Shown piece by piece: positions 46,401 to 58,300 of a DNA stretch of 64,000 bases; the first letter of the stretch is position 1, and every line of letters begins with the position of its first letter. The notes under the pieces are model-generated. The model searched no databases, was not told the DNA's origin, and worked only from the letters and a program-made list of their open reading frames with translations. Source of the stretch: an uncultured virus (IMG/VR IMGVR_UViG_3300009161_000002). Its lineage: Duplodnaviria; Heunggongvirae; Uroviricota; Caudoviricetes. The position numbers and the translations under genes were made by a program. Location: the IMG/VR virus record IMGVR_UViG_3300009161_000002; one strand, 5' to 3'.

Positions 46401-49349
46401 GTAACTATAAATAAGATCATTAATAGTTTGGAATGCTTCAGCTACATCAAATTTAGATTTAGTAGCTTCATTCATTCTAGTTTGTAGTTCTCTAAGTTCT
46501 GTTACTAATGCATTTCTACTTTCCCAGTAACTAGGATCATACTCCATCCTAAGATTTTGTCTTCTCCATTTCTCTAACTCAGCTTTAAAGTCTGCTGAAC
46601 CAGGATAGATTTCTTTAGTTTCTAATAAATCTGCAAACTCATTGTATGCACTTTGTAGTAATCCTTCAATAGGTCTCCACTCATAGAAACCTTTTGTAGC
46701 AGCTCTATGTTCTTGTAAAACTTCAGCAATACTTAAGTCATAGATTCCATTCTCTGGATCATCTACTTTAGAAGTACCATCTTCATAAGTAAGAGAATAT
46801 AATTGTTGGAATTCTCTAAATGCAGCTTGAATAGTAGAGTATTTTTCAAATCTCTCATACTCATTCTCCATACTGTTTAGTAAGTTGTTGTAAGCTTGCA
46901 GCTTTTGCTTTCTAACAAAGTATGCTAATTTACCTACCTCAGACTTTTTAAAGATATCATCTTTCTCATAGAACTCTGGCACATACTCTTGCCACATGAA
47001 ATCTCTTTTAAACTGCTCAAACTCCATAAGTGCATCAGCAAGTTTTGTTTGATCTTCAGTTTTCTTTGCTTCTTCTATGTTCCACTCTAATAAATCATAG
47101 TGGTATCTATAGTCTTTGTATTTATCTAGATAAGCGTAAACTTCTTTTTCAATAGGTTTACCGGTTTCTTTATCAAAATAAAGTATCTTATCTTTGAATG
47201 CAAGCTTGTCTCTTAACTGAATAGAGTTTAGTTTACTAAATCCTACTTTAGGTAAAAGCTCTTCTAGTTTCTTTCTGAATTTCATGGATTGTTCCCAAAC
47301 AACATTTTGTACCTGGGTTCTTTCATTCTGAATAAACATTGCTAATGGTCCTACTATAACATCATTACTTGAACTATAGCTTTCTAACCATCTATTAAAC
47401 CAACTAACATCTTGAGCTCCTCCTGTAAGAGCTGCTCTAATCTTATCTTCATCAACAACTAAATCCTTGTATTCCTTGAGAAATCCTTTTAAAACATCCG
47501 CAGGAATACCTTTCTGTACTAATGCATCCACATCAGCATCAGTAAGAGTTTGTTGAACAACTTTGTTATATAAGTCATCAACTTCTTTCTCTAACTGATC
47601 TGCAGAGAAAGTTTGTTTTAATGCAATACCAAGGTTACCTTTAAGTCTATCTTGAATATACTTAGACATGTATCCAGTAATTTCTACATAGAACTGTATG
47701 TTATTGTTCTTAAGGATATTTGCAATATTGGTATTGATTCTTGTAATGTTTAATACTATCTCATTCAAGGTTTGATAGAAAGGATTATTACTTTCAATCA
47801 ACTGACCATTTGGTGAAAGAGAATCATCAATTGCTTGAATCATTTTCAACCATGCTTTTGAATTTTGTTTGTATAACATCAACAAAGCAATAGTACTTCT
47901 ATTGTTTATATTGGTATTGCTGATTCTTGAAACATCAAGTAACATGTTTTGGGTCATGCTGTTGATATTATCTAATGTATTTACCAATGCTACTGCTCTT
48001 TGAAGGTCTACATCTAGGGCCCCTTTAGCAGCATCTAATGCATTTTGAATCATTTCATCTTCTGTAAAACTTTCAGTGTCTACATTAAGATTGTCTTTTA
48101 GTGTACTAACAACTTCACGTAAGTATCTATTTGTTCCCTTTTCAAATAATGACTCCTTTAAGAATTTTTTTGAAGCTTTGTCTCCTTTAAAGTTCTCAGC
48201 TTCTGTAAGAATTCTTCTATTGGTTTCATATATTTCCCTGACTACTTTGAGTTGTGACTCTGCATTAGAAAACTTATTTAGTTCTTTTGCTCGGTCAACA
48301 ACATTCCGTGAGAACATAACCAGATCCTCTTCAGTAATATTATCAGTTTTAAACTCAAAGTCTTTATCTAAGAGCATATCTGATAACTCCTCTAATGTAG
48401 TATCCACATCTAGTTTTGCCACGTTTACCTTTGCTCCAAACAAGCCTCTCAACAACTGTTTAATAGCAGCCAATAACTTGTTCATGAAACTTTGGTAACC
48501 TTCTGTCTCTAGTTCATTATTGATTCTATTCAATGCTCTTAACTGCATAGCATATGCAAGAACTTCTTCCTTAAATAAATCAGAGTTCTCTTCTAGTTCA
48601 GGATAGTTATTTAGTACATAGTACTTAATACCTTGACCTTCTTCTGTAGCTAATGCTTGATCATATAGTTTCTGAAATAGGATGTTGTTTGTTTTTCTCA
48701 GTCCCTGTAATATCGGGTGAGAGAATTCGTGAAGCACCGTTCTTACATTTACATTGTCACCTACTATATATACAGTGCCAGCATAATAGAATGCTGCTTC
48801 TCCATTGTATTTAACGGCTCTGTTTTTTAAAATGTTAGCAGCCTCTTCTTGTGTAATGTTTTCAAATTGTGCACCAATACCTTTAGATAGTCTTTGTGCA
48901 AGTACTTCAGCAATTTCTTGTGATCTTTGACTTTGTAATTCATCAAGTTTAACATCCATAAATAATACACCATTGATCTTTTGTAAAGATTGATCTACTT
49001 TAGGATTATCTAAAGCATTTGGCATATCTTTAATCATCATTGCATCATCTGGTCTTGCATTATACAAGTCCTGTAATCTCTCAAAAAGTTTTACGTTAGG
49101 TTCAGCTCTAAGTATTCTAACCTTAGCATCTCTGTAGTAGGTAGATCTTTGTGGATCCACATGCTCAGACATGTTCATACTAAATAACTTAGTACCATCA
49201 GTTTTTAAACCATACTTTGTTTCAGCTAATGCTGTTATCTGATCATTTAACTTATCAAAAAGATCTTCATTGATGATTCTTCTAACATCATTTGTAGCTC
49301 CTTTATCTTGTAAAAACTTAATTGAATTTAATTGTACCTGGCATACCAT
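43410..49349 (-). CDS. Giant virion cargo/ejection protein (1979 aa) with zincin HExxH, LysM and C-terminal TM segments
   Basis: VLHEFSHP; VKGETLAEIAKKYYISVDELKAKNRI; GFFAIGLALLSLMLFGF; adjacent to the vRNAP. Confidence 0.85.
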   Translation of the reverse strand: MVCQVQLNSIKFLQDKGATNDVRRIINEDLFDKLNDQITALAETKYGLKTDGTKLFSMNMSEHVDPQRSTYYRDAKVRILRAEPNVKLFERLQDLYNARPDDAMMIKDMPNALDNPKVDQSLQKINGVLFMDVKLDELQSQRSQEIAEVLAQRLSKGIGAQFENITQEEAANILKNRAVKYNGEAAFYYAGTVYIVGDNVNVRTVLHEFSHPILQGLRKTNNILFQKLYDQALATEEGQGIKYYVLNNYPELEENSDLFKEEVLAYAMQLRALNRINNELETEGYQSFMNKLLAAIKQLLRGLFGAKVNVAKLDVDTTLEELSDMLLDKDFEFKTDNITEEDLVMFSRNVVDRAKELNKFSNAESQLKVVREIYETNRRILTEAENFKGDKASKKFLKESLFEKGTNRYLREVVSTLKDNLNVDTESFTEDEMIQNALDAAKGALDVDLQRAVALVNTLDNINSMTQNMLLDVSRISNTNINNRSTIALLMLYKQNSKAWLKMIQAIDDSLSPNGQLIESNNPFYQTLNEIVLNITRINTNIANILKNNNIQFYVEITGYMSKYIQDRLKGNLGIALKQTFSADQLEKEVDDLYNKVVQQTLTDADVDALVQKGIPADVLKGFLKEYKDLVVDEDKIRAALTGGAQDVSWFNRWLESYSSSNDVIVGPLAMFIQNERTQVQNVVWEQSMKFRKKLEELLPKVGFSKLNSIQLRDKLAFKDKILYFDKETGKPIEKEVYAYLDKYKDYRYHYDLLEWNIEEAKKTEDQTKLADALMEFEQFKRDFMWQEYVPEFYEKDDIFKKSEVGKLAYFVRKQKLQAYNNLLNSMENEYERFEKYSTIQAAFREFQQLYSLTYEDGTSKVDDPENGIYDLSIAEVLQEHRAATKGFYEWRPIEGLLQSAYNEFADLLETKEIYPGSADFKAELEKWRRQNLRMEYDPSYWESRNALVTELRELQTRMNEATKSKFDVAEAFQTINDLIYSYRDEQGEPDSNAMGQTRLERIRDLEQYIVDFKFRFDSSTGLSKEDSEELRELSEKARKGLLQAGSAESKRYMYLLDLLNAQGISPEDSARIQDIFSELSDLSVNMPTTYYVETLNYNLSKQNIKELEIDEIDDFINTEEFEEMLEADEAFKSWFNTNHYVIQKYDKPTRAYIARYKRTKANTVSIPKDESNIKFTKILDRNGEEVVLMGVPNARHSRYQVKDAYRTIPFGEAKSDYVGKYIDNKNQWLPRLYDPTSKYSARDKRFMNEKYFQMQAANSNEFKLLEAIKEYHLENQKGQSSYSKLYLDMPRYALKKGDIYQAMQKGAYGQRFSELGANVKEWYNQALGKSVMDAENDLNYNPENNLVNTDLDGNQISYVPVSGIYNLDIAVQDADVFQGLFRYALSVQTQGKLLESLPLVQSILDTLEDPDNAPKELEKFDKNIYSLKGTLTNAKKKFATNNRLGQVKSLIEREYYGKMVEGIEETHPGFGKWINQLQSLSAMGSLAVNIPSDLKNKYGAYVQLIIEGAGAEFINLKDIALARPWAERAMLEWSTKGIYQTGPGAISTQLIQIFDPTFKSKDQFGREIERSLVKDLVNMEWMYMHRKFGEMQVAVSLFGAFMYGQKIDQILGDGTKKSMRYIEAWEKDDDGIIRLKKGVHPGWNNLSVYHEYVKGETLAEIAKKYYISVDELKAKNRIKSEVQLEDGQELITAKSELFMGLKNRIQGTSRKLFGTYDEMGQPEGNKLLLYRMFFFMRKWFTPMLMNRVGFDTKTISWTGGGERYDWATTSYGKGFYITAFQTMLKTMKSGFKNYSYLTEQEKSAVRKMAGEGFFAIGLALLSLMLFGFDPEDDDKWKKLRAKSGAINEDSFNTYGFLANHMLLLAMGVQAESSAFVPLPNIKGINFGSDDYVKMITQTTTSWYNTVVLYIDIFGDVLDFVTFSEMDRYKRDTGPYSWKQEGELKIWSKLGKIFGLSGGTGDPVTQFENMVKNSSKRGS

Positions 49350-49350
49350 A

Positions 49351-52300
49351 TTATGAACATTTAAACGGATCTTCTTCTAATTCCAATTGTATTAATATTT
49401 CAGCATCTGAAATTCCTTGACTTGCACTCACTAAGTCTCTCATTTGGTCATACTTAGTAGAACCTGGATTAACATATTGAAACTCTTCAAATAACCTCTT
49501 ACTTAAATATACAAATAATTCTTGAGGCATGATGTTAGGATCACCAAATCCATACTCTGGAAATGCAATTTTACCATCTTTATCTTGAATTTGTTTGATT
49601 ATATTAATTCTTTTTTCCCAAATATTTTTTAGTGTTTGGTATTGGTCAGGACTAAGCTCAACTTGTTTACCATTAACAACACTTGCAAATAAATTAGTTG
49701 GAAAATTAATAGACATGCTAGGTATTTCTGACATAAAGTTAGATGCACCACCTAGATTAGTACCTTTTGCAATTTGCTCAGGTTTAATTTCATACACACT
49801 TGTGTTGTGTATGAACACTACATCCGGGTTATTCTTACCTATGTTAGTGTAATAGTATATGTTTTTAGCATTGCTATCATTATACATAAATACTCCTTCT
49901 TTATCTGTAGATCTCAAACCAAGTCTTTTTACTTCAGCTGTAGTATCCATATTAGTAGAGTCTTCTTCAGCAGTTTGCTCACCTCTTTGCGGTGTAGGTG
50001 TAACTGTAGGACTAATTCTTTCAGGATTAGCATAATCCATACCTGATAAATAGTCTTTGAATCTATTTTTATTTAGATTAGTAACTGAGTTTTGTCTAAT
50101 AAACTGGTCATAGAAATTGTCTAATACAGTAAATCCTTTTTTATCTAATGCATCTGTGAATTTACCAACCTCATCTTCTACAATAGTTAAGAAGTCTGTG
50201 TAGTCAACAATGTTTGTAAAGCTTAATTTAGTTTTGTTAAGACCTGTTTGTAAGAAAGCAAATGTGCTTAAGTACTTAAACATGTCACTAATTCTAGCAT
50301 TTTCTTGTGGATCACTAACTTTTTGTACAGTTGGATCAGCCAATCTTTTAAGATCATTACTATAAAGATTTGACTTATCATTGTCAAAATCCTTATCAGC
50401 TAATAAGATATTGAATGCAGTCTCAGTTTTATCTGAATCAAGTTTTAATTTACTCAATACTGGGTAGTCTTTTGCAAGCTCAGGATTATTTTGTAACAAC
50501 TTAGACATTCTTACAGCAAAAGCATTGTCACTATCTTGGAATAAGTTGAAGAAGTTATATGAGTTATCTAAAGCTTTTATGGCCAATAGTTTTTCATATG
50601 TATATCTTACAGCTTTTTCATTAGATAAATCAGGTAAGAGTTCTTTTGTAGTTTTTAGTTCCTCTTGGAATTCTACTGATGTAGAGTAGTCCGTTGTAAG
50701 AGGGTATATTGATCTTAAGTATTCTCGTTCTGAAACAAATTTTTGATATTCACTAAAGTTTGTTTCTTCATTATTCATAAATGTTGATGGATGTAGTGGG
50801 TATAAGCCTCTATCTTCATAACTATTTTCTGAATCTGATCCTTCAATCCAAGCTTTTGCTTTAAATTCTTTTTGCAACTGTTTAACATCTACATATAAAG
50901 TACCACTTTTAACAAATGCACCTCTCTTAAGTTCTTTTACAAGTGCAGTAGGGATTTTAGTCTCCATGTTTAAAGACATAAATCCTTCTTCAGCTTTGTA
51001 TTTTCTAAGGGCATTCTGTAAAATGAAACTTACAATATCATTTCTGAAGACATTGCTAAACATTTCAATGTTCTTACCAGGGAAAGTTGTTTCAAGTTCA
51101 TTTTTAATCTGATTCTTTCTTGCAATTAAATAGTCACTAATCTGCTTGTGGTATCTTAATTTAAATAATGGTCTACTTACAGCTAAGGCCATAGGTCCGT
51201 TAAAGAAAGAACTAATGATAGAGTCATTCATCATACTATTCAAAATTTCTCTTGGAATTCTTGAATCAAACTCTAACTCTTCAATATTAGCCTCACTTTG
51301 CTCTACATCAGAAAGAGTAGACTTAGTAGCTGTATCTGGATTAGAACTCATTTTAAGTGCTGTGTATCCAGAAATTTGTTGCTCCAACTCAAGATAATGT
51401 AAGAACATAGCTTTTGCAATTGCACTATCTTTATCATTGCTGTTAATAAGATCTTCCATTTCCCTTTCAGTAAATGTTTTTTCTTTTCTGTTTTTAAAGT
51501 GATCATCCAATAACTCTTGTCCTTTCAAGTATCTAGCATCATTACTAGAGTTTTTAGCTAACTCAGCTTTATCAAAATGATTTCTAATAACTTCAGATGC
51601 AGCTTTGTATTTTACTAAACCTGGACTATCTGGTTTCTTATTAAGTACATCAGCAAAGGTAGACTTAGCAAGACGTTGTTCATCTACATACTCTCTTACC
51701 AATGGATTAGATACAAAATAGATTGCTTCTTGAACAGGTACACCAGCTTTAACTAAGTAAAGCAATGTTGGAGCCACCTCATAATTTCCTTGAATAAAGA
51801 AAATCCAAGCATCTTTTTCAACATCCACCCATCCATTCATCATTTGAGAAATAACATCTCCTATCTTATTAATACCATCAACATCATATAAATCTGACAT
51901 AGAGATGACTTCTTTGCCGTCTACTGTCATTTTATTGTTTCTTAATCTCATGTTACTTTTTCTCAACTCTTTCTTTAAAGTGTATTCATCTGGCATATAA
52001 GCACCAAGTGAATTCATAATAACATTGAAAGTGTTTTCAATAGCACCAAGACCTAGAGTTTTCTTACCTACAATATTAGATTCATGTTTGTATATGTTAT
52101 ACATTGCTTCTAATACTCTTGTAGGACTAATTTCTCCAGTATTTTCTGTCATTTTATTAGTCTTAGGATTGTACTCTGAAACTTTATCTGATAATTTTTC
52201 AGCAATACCCTTGAGAATAAATGTACCATTCGGCATAATTAGAGATGAATAGTTATCAGGAAGCTCAAGAATGTTTCTGATATCTTCTATGAGTTCATTT

Positions 52301-55300
52301 TCTAATGCAGCTTTTTGTTCTTTAACAGCTTTAGCAAAATTGTCAGTACCTCTAAGATTTTTTATTGCTTGATTGTCTTTATAATTACGTTTAATTACAT
52401 TACCATCCTCATCAAGTGTGTTCATGAAAATTGTAAGTTTATCAATATCAAAGTCACCCCCTGACTTAGCAACAATTTCTGCTGGTGGAATAATAATATT
52501 ACCAGCTTGTGGAGGTAAGAATTCAAACACCTCAGCAAACTCCATAGAGTTAAGACCTTGTACAGGAATACGTACACCTACAAGAGTAATTGCTTTTCTA
52601 ACAGCTCCTTCATTAGCATCTAACCAAGAGTCATCTTTAATTTTTTCATTTAGTCTTGCCAATGATTTGTCCATGTCAAGTGTACCATCTTCTAGATAAA
52701 CTCCTACAGTCTCGTCATTAGCATATTCTAAGTTAAATAAATTATAATATGATCCCTGCATTGCTATCATAACTTTTGCAGCAGCAGTATAACCATTTGC
52801 TTTTTTATGATATGTAGGTAATAAGTACGTTGTAGAGGCCCATTTTTTGATCTCATCTTTACTTGCTTTTCTTAAATCAGGCTCTGTAAATTGATTTGCA
52901 TACAAACCAACAGATACTTGTACCAGGGGTTCTCCTGTAACTTTCTGCTTGATTACTCTTTTGTTAATCATAGAAAGTAATAACTTCTCTATCTTAGCAG
53001 CTTCAGGATGGAAAGAAAGATCATGAATTAAATCCCCATTGTTGTCAAATACATCTATAAACTCAATAAGATCATCACTCAAAACTTCTTCTCTTTCAAG
53101 ATTAGTTCTGATCATGTTTACTAGTTTTGCAATACTTGATTTGTCTTTAGCTTTGTATTCTCCAGGTGTAGTTTCTTCATAACCCATCTCTTCAAGAAGC
53201 TCTATCTTTAATAGATTAGTATATTCTTCTACGTGGTTAATGTATTTCTTTACTCTTTCTTCTGTAATATCTTGATATTTTGTAGACTTGATTTTACCTT
53301 GTTGGTAAAGCCCTTCAAGAATTAATTTTCTTAACTGTGTTGAGAAGATTGACTTACCTTTAAAAGTTGCATTTACCTCGGTTTGATTTTTCAAAAACTC
53401 AGCATAAATAGTATTTACTGTAAATTTTGAGTTTTTATCAAATGTACCATCAGGATTTAATACAACATCACCTTTTCCAATATGACCTACTTTAGAACCA
53501 GATTCAAATAGAACATAGTCTATCTGATCTTTCATCATTTTTTCATGTAAGTCATACATCGGAGTACCCTCTTTTGCTACTCCAGGAATAATAGGAGCAA
53601 GTGAGAACTTATGGAAAGAGTTTACAGGAAGACCTGTTGATTCTATATTTCCAAAATACTGTAACTTATATGGAGGGAAAAATTCTACTACATCTTCTGC
53701 AGTAATATTTTCACCCATAGAAACTTTTCTATATAACAACTCTTGTGGATCACCCCAGTTACCTTCTAGATTTTTTAATCTTCTATAAGTCTCAAATGAT
53801 ACAATACCTTGACCATCAGCAATTTTCATCTGTGGTTTATCAGTAGAAAAATACTCAGCTGCTGCTTTGTCAGCATTTTCTTTTGCTAACTTTCTATTCT
53901 TAGTTCTTGCATAAATGGTTTCTTCAATTGAATCTCTGTACTCATTGTACATGACAGAATTGAATTGCATTTCTCTTATGATTGCTGTTTGTAAAGTACC
54001 ATCATAATTTCTTACGGCATAACCTCTTCTATCAGCATAATAGTTCTTCAAAGAACTAACATAAATCTGTGCTCTTTTATCTGCTCTAAACCCTTTACCA
54101 CCGGATGCAAGACCTGCATTACGTTTATGGAACTCTTCTTTAGCATGATTGTATTGTACTAAATCTCCATATGCAATGATAACAGTCTCCATCTTGTGAA
54201 TGAAAGAGTTATAGGTATAAGCTTTTACTAATGCAGTTTCTATATCTTTTTCAGTAAGTTCATCATTTGTAACACGGATTCTTTCTATTAATCCTTTATC
54301 TACATATTTAGCTTTTTGAAGTCTAGCATAATTAGCATCTGTATCAATATCAAAGTATTTTTCAACATCTTTTCTAATTAAATCTCTTAAGGTTGGGTTG
54401 TTATCCAACTCAGTCATTAAATTAAAATCAGATAATTTATTATCTGAAGCTGCATCAATTATAGAATACAATTCTTTTTGTGTAGTTTGTGAAAGGATGT
54501 CATCAAATGCAGTAAATGCTTGTCCAGCCATAACTGAAGTTTTCTTACCATCTTTTCTTTTTACTTTTCTATTGTATCCAGCATAATTTTCAAATTTGTC
54601 AAGATCCTGTTGGAATCTAAAAATTCTATTAGCTTCACCAGTTAGGTAACCTTCAATGATATCATATGACTTGATTGTACCATCAGCATAAGGTAAGAAA
54701 GACTCCATGTCTACATAAAGTTTAGAAGCTTTTTTACCATTATAAGTTTTGATATCACCATCAATAGACATACCCATTGCAGTGTTTTTAGAAGCATGTC
54801 TCATGAATTCTTCAACACCACTTAATAACATCGTATGAAACTCTTGTAAGTATTTACTAGTAGCATCCATTGATGCTGTAGAAGTACCTCCTTCATTTCT
54901 ACGACTTACCATCTGAGTACCAGCTACATTCTGTAATGTAATTTTTGAATCAGAAATCTTTTGTCCATATGTTGGAGACATAGGGTCTAAATCAAATATA
55001 GAAGTTAACAGTTTTGAAAATGGACTAAATGTATTGTTAGATTCATTTAACCATCTCATGTGTTTAAATCTTCCATTTGGATCAGCCTCAGCTGTTGTAA
55101 GTTGTTGCCAGTTGTCAGCATAATTAATAGCTGTAACTATTCTTGTAATAGTGTTATCAACCATGTGCTCCCACACTCTGTTTCCTTCAGGAGTTTGTAC
55201 ACTAAAGTTTGAATAACTATCAGAAAATGCATTTTGAATTCCTGCTAAAGCTCTGATTCTACCTCTTACTTCGTCACTTTGAGATTGATTGTCTCTAAGT

Positions 55301-58300
55301 GATTCAGGAAGACCATTAATTAAGTATGTAAGTGGATCTTTCTTAAACAAGAATGCATCTGCTGATGAACTTTTGTTTACTTTTTTAATCACCTCATACA
55401 TTCTATCAACACCAAATGTTGTACTGAATGGTGTAGTTCTGTTGTTAATCATTTCTTTGATTGCAGAACTAGACTGATCCAATACAATACCAATAGCTTG
55501 TAAGAACTCATTAGCTTTACGATAGTTAAATCTACCATCAGTACCAAAGTCTTTTACAATTTTAGCTGTGTTCAATATGTTATTACCATATTTATCTTTT
55601 GATACATATGGGTTAATTGTACTATCAGCATTCATAAAATTAGTCTTCCAATCCTGAATTACCTGGTATACATCAAAGTTAGCTTTTGCAACACGGGCTT
55701 CAAAAGATTTACTTACACCTTCCTCAGCTCTAGCTTCTTCTTTGTTTAAGTTAAGCTGTATATAAGGGATTCTTGGTTTCTTAAAGTCTTGCCAGAAATT
55801 AGTCTCAGAAGAAAATTCCATTGGAGTATACTGACCTAGAGCAGTTTTATCATTGAAAAAAGGATTTGGTAATAACTTTTGTAATTGTTCAAGCTCTGGA
55901 TAATTTTCAGAATTTTCAAAGATTCTTGAATACATATCCATTTCATCAAATGAACCTTCTAAAATTTTAGCAAGTTTATTCCAAGTAATGTTAATATCTT
56001 GTAATACAGGGAGGCCAAAAAGACCATCTCTACTGATTACAACCTCACCATTTTCTTTGGATACTTTAAAGATACTAGCTAATAACATCATAGTGTCTTC
56101 ACTAGCTAGTTCTTTAGATGAAATACTGTTACCACCATCATTTAACTTAAAAAGATTACTCCTTTCAAGATTACTTGGATCTTCAATCTCAATATATTCA
56201 TCTCTTAATACACGGAATCTAGACTTCTCAAGATGATATGCTATAACATTGTTTTTTTCTTTACCTTCCAAACTGTCTGTTAGATTACCAAAATTAGCTG
56301 TAATTTTATCTAACAATACCAACTCTTCAAAAAACTTAGGATCAGTAAGTAACTCATCATCTGCCTCTAAATCAGAAACATAAGCAATTCTTAATCTTTC
56401 AAATCTATCATATATATCTTTATAAAGATCTGTCTTATTCTCAGGATCTTTAAGAAGTTTTAATGCTGCAGCTGTTGTATTAAAGTCTCTATTATGAGCT
56501 TGGAATATAACAGACATCATGCTATCCATTGCATCAGAAATTTTCTTAGACTCTTCTAATGTAAAATTATCATTGATAATCTTGCTTCTGTTTAGTTTCC
56601 CAAACATAACATTATCCATAGAAGGTTTTAAATTTGATAGAATCTCTGGATTTTCTGAGGCTCTGTATAAATTATCAAACAATTCTTTTACTGATTCAAT
56701 ATCTTGTAAGTTTGTAGCAACTTCTTTTTTAGTAGTTTTTCCAAATATTTTTTGTAAAAATTTATATATTGTGTCAAAGATTTTAGCAAAAAAACCTTTT
56801 ACTTCTTTTTTACCCTTTGACTTAGCATATGATCTAAACTCTTCTGCTATGTCTTCTTCTATTTCCTCATAATCTTCCTGCTTAGAAAAAGTTTTTCCTT
56901 TATATTTAGGAAGTTTTGAAACCTTTTCATACAACTCAATCTTTTGATCTAATGTTAAAAATAATTGAGAGAAACCATGCCATGCTTCATGATAAACATC
57001 AACCATAGTACCACCATCAGCTTCGTATAGAGTAATACCATAACCAGACCATGTAGCAAATGCATCTGAGTTTACTACTTCAGTCATTCTTTCAAGACTA
57101 ATGAACTTACTTAAAGGAGAGTTCTTCCACCATGTTTCAGCTTTTTGTCTATCAGCTTTAGATGTAAATACTTTATCTAAAAACTTATCTCTAAGTTTAG
57201 ATCTATCTAATCCTTTCTTTTTATATAAAGCACTGTTAGATGAACCATTAATGATATCATCTAGTAAGCTTACTCTAGTTGCTGGATTATTTTGAATGTT
57301 TATTGCTTTAGCTTCAGTTTCTGTTTTAGGAGAAGTTTTTGTTGCAGTTACTTGTTTTGTTCTAGGTTGTTTTTTTGGAAAAGCTTTTGGTGCTTCTTTA
57401 TCAACTTTAGCTTTAGTAGTAGGTTGAGACTGAGTAGGTTTTGGTCTACCAACAGGAATAATTCCATCAAACTCAACAGTACCTTCAGGTATTGCATAAG
57501 TAAGATAAGCATTCATACCATTCTCATAAGCATTAGTCTCTGTTGTATAAGTAACTTTGACATATGGTTTAATAGCATCAAAATAATCCTTAGAAGATTC
57601 AGTTATCTTATCACCTTCAATAGTGTACTCTGTAAAAGTTTTACCTTTATACTTATTATTGTATTGCACATTAGCTGGCCAGAATTCATCTTTAACTTTG
57701 TCTTTTGGTCTAGCACTTAATAAGTGTTCTACAATAAGTTTTTTACCAGTTTCTGTAAAAAGAACATCTTGAGGTATTTCTTTACCATTAAGTTCTACAA
57801 AAAATGTTTTTTCATTATTTACAATAAGAACTTTTGCTCTAATTCTATCTCTGTTATATGGAAGATTTGTTTTGTATCCTGTTTTAGGATCCTTCATTAA
57901 AGCATTGTTTATGAAGATTTCAAAGTATGCTTTTCTTTCATCAGGTGTTAACTCTCTTCCTTTTAACTTTGCTGTAGTAGTTAATACTGTTGCAAGTTGT
58001 TCAGCCAAAGATTGATCAATATCTGATCTTTGTAAAAATACTTCTTGATCAACATTTAATCCTCCAGCTTTAGTTTTTTGAATGATAACATATTGTTTAC
58101 CACTATCTTTACCAGTTGTAATACCAGTATAGTTTTTAATATCCTCTTCAGTAAGACCTGCTTCTTCTAAAGTCATAGTCTTAACTGCAGTTCTCGGTAT
58201 ACCAAATGTTCCTCCTAATATTGGAAGAATGATTTGTAAATCTCCATTAGACTCTTCAATTAATTTTCTTAACTGATAGAGCTCATTCATTTCTCTATCT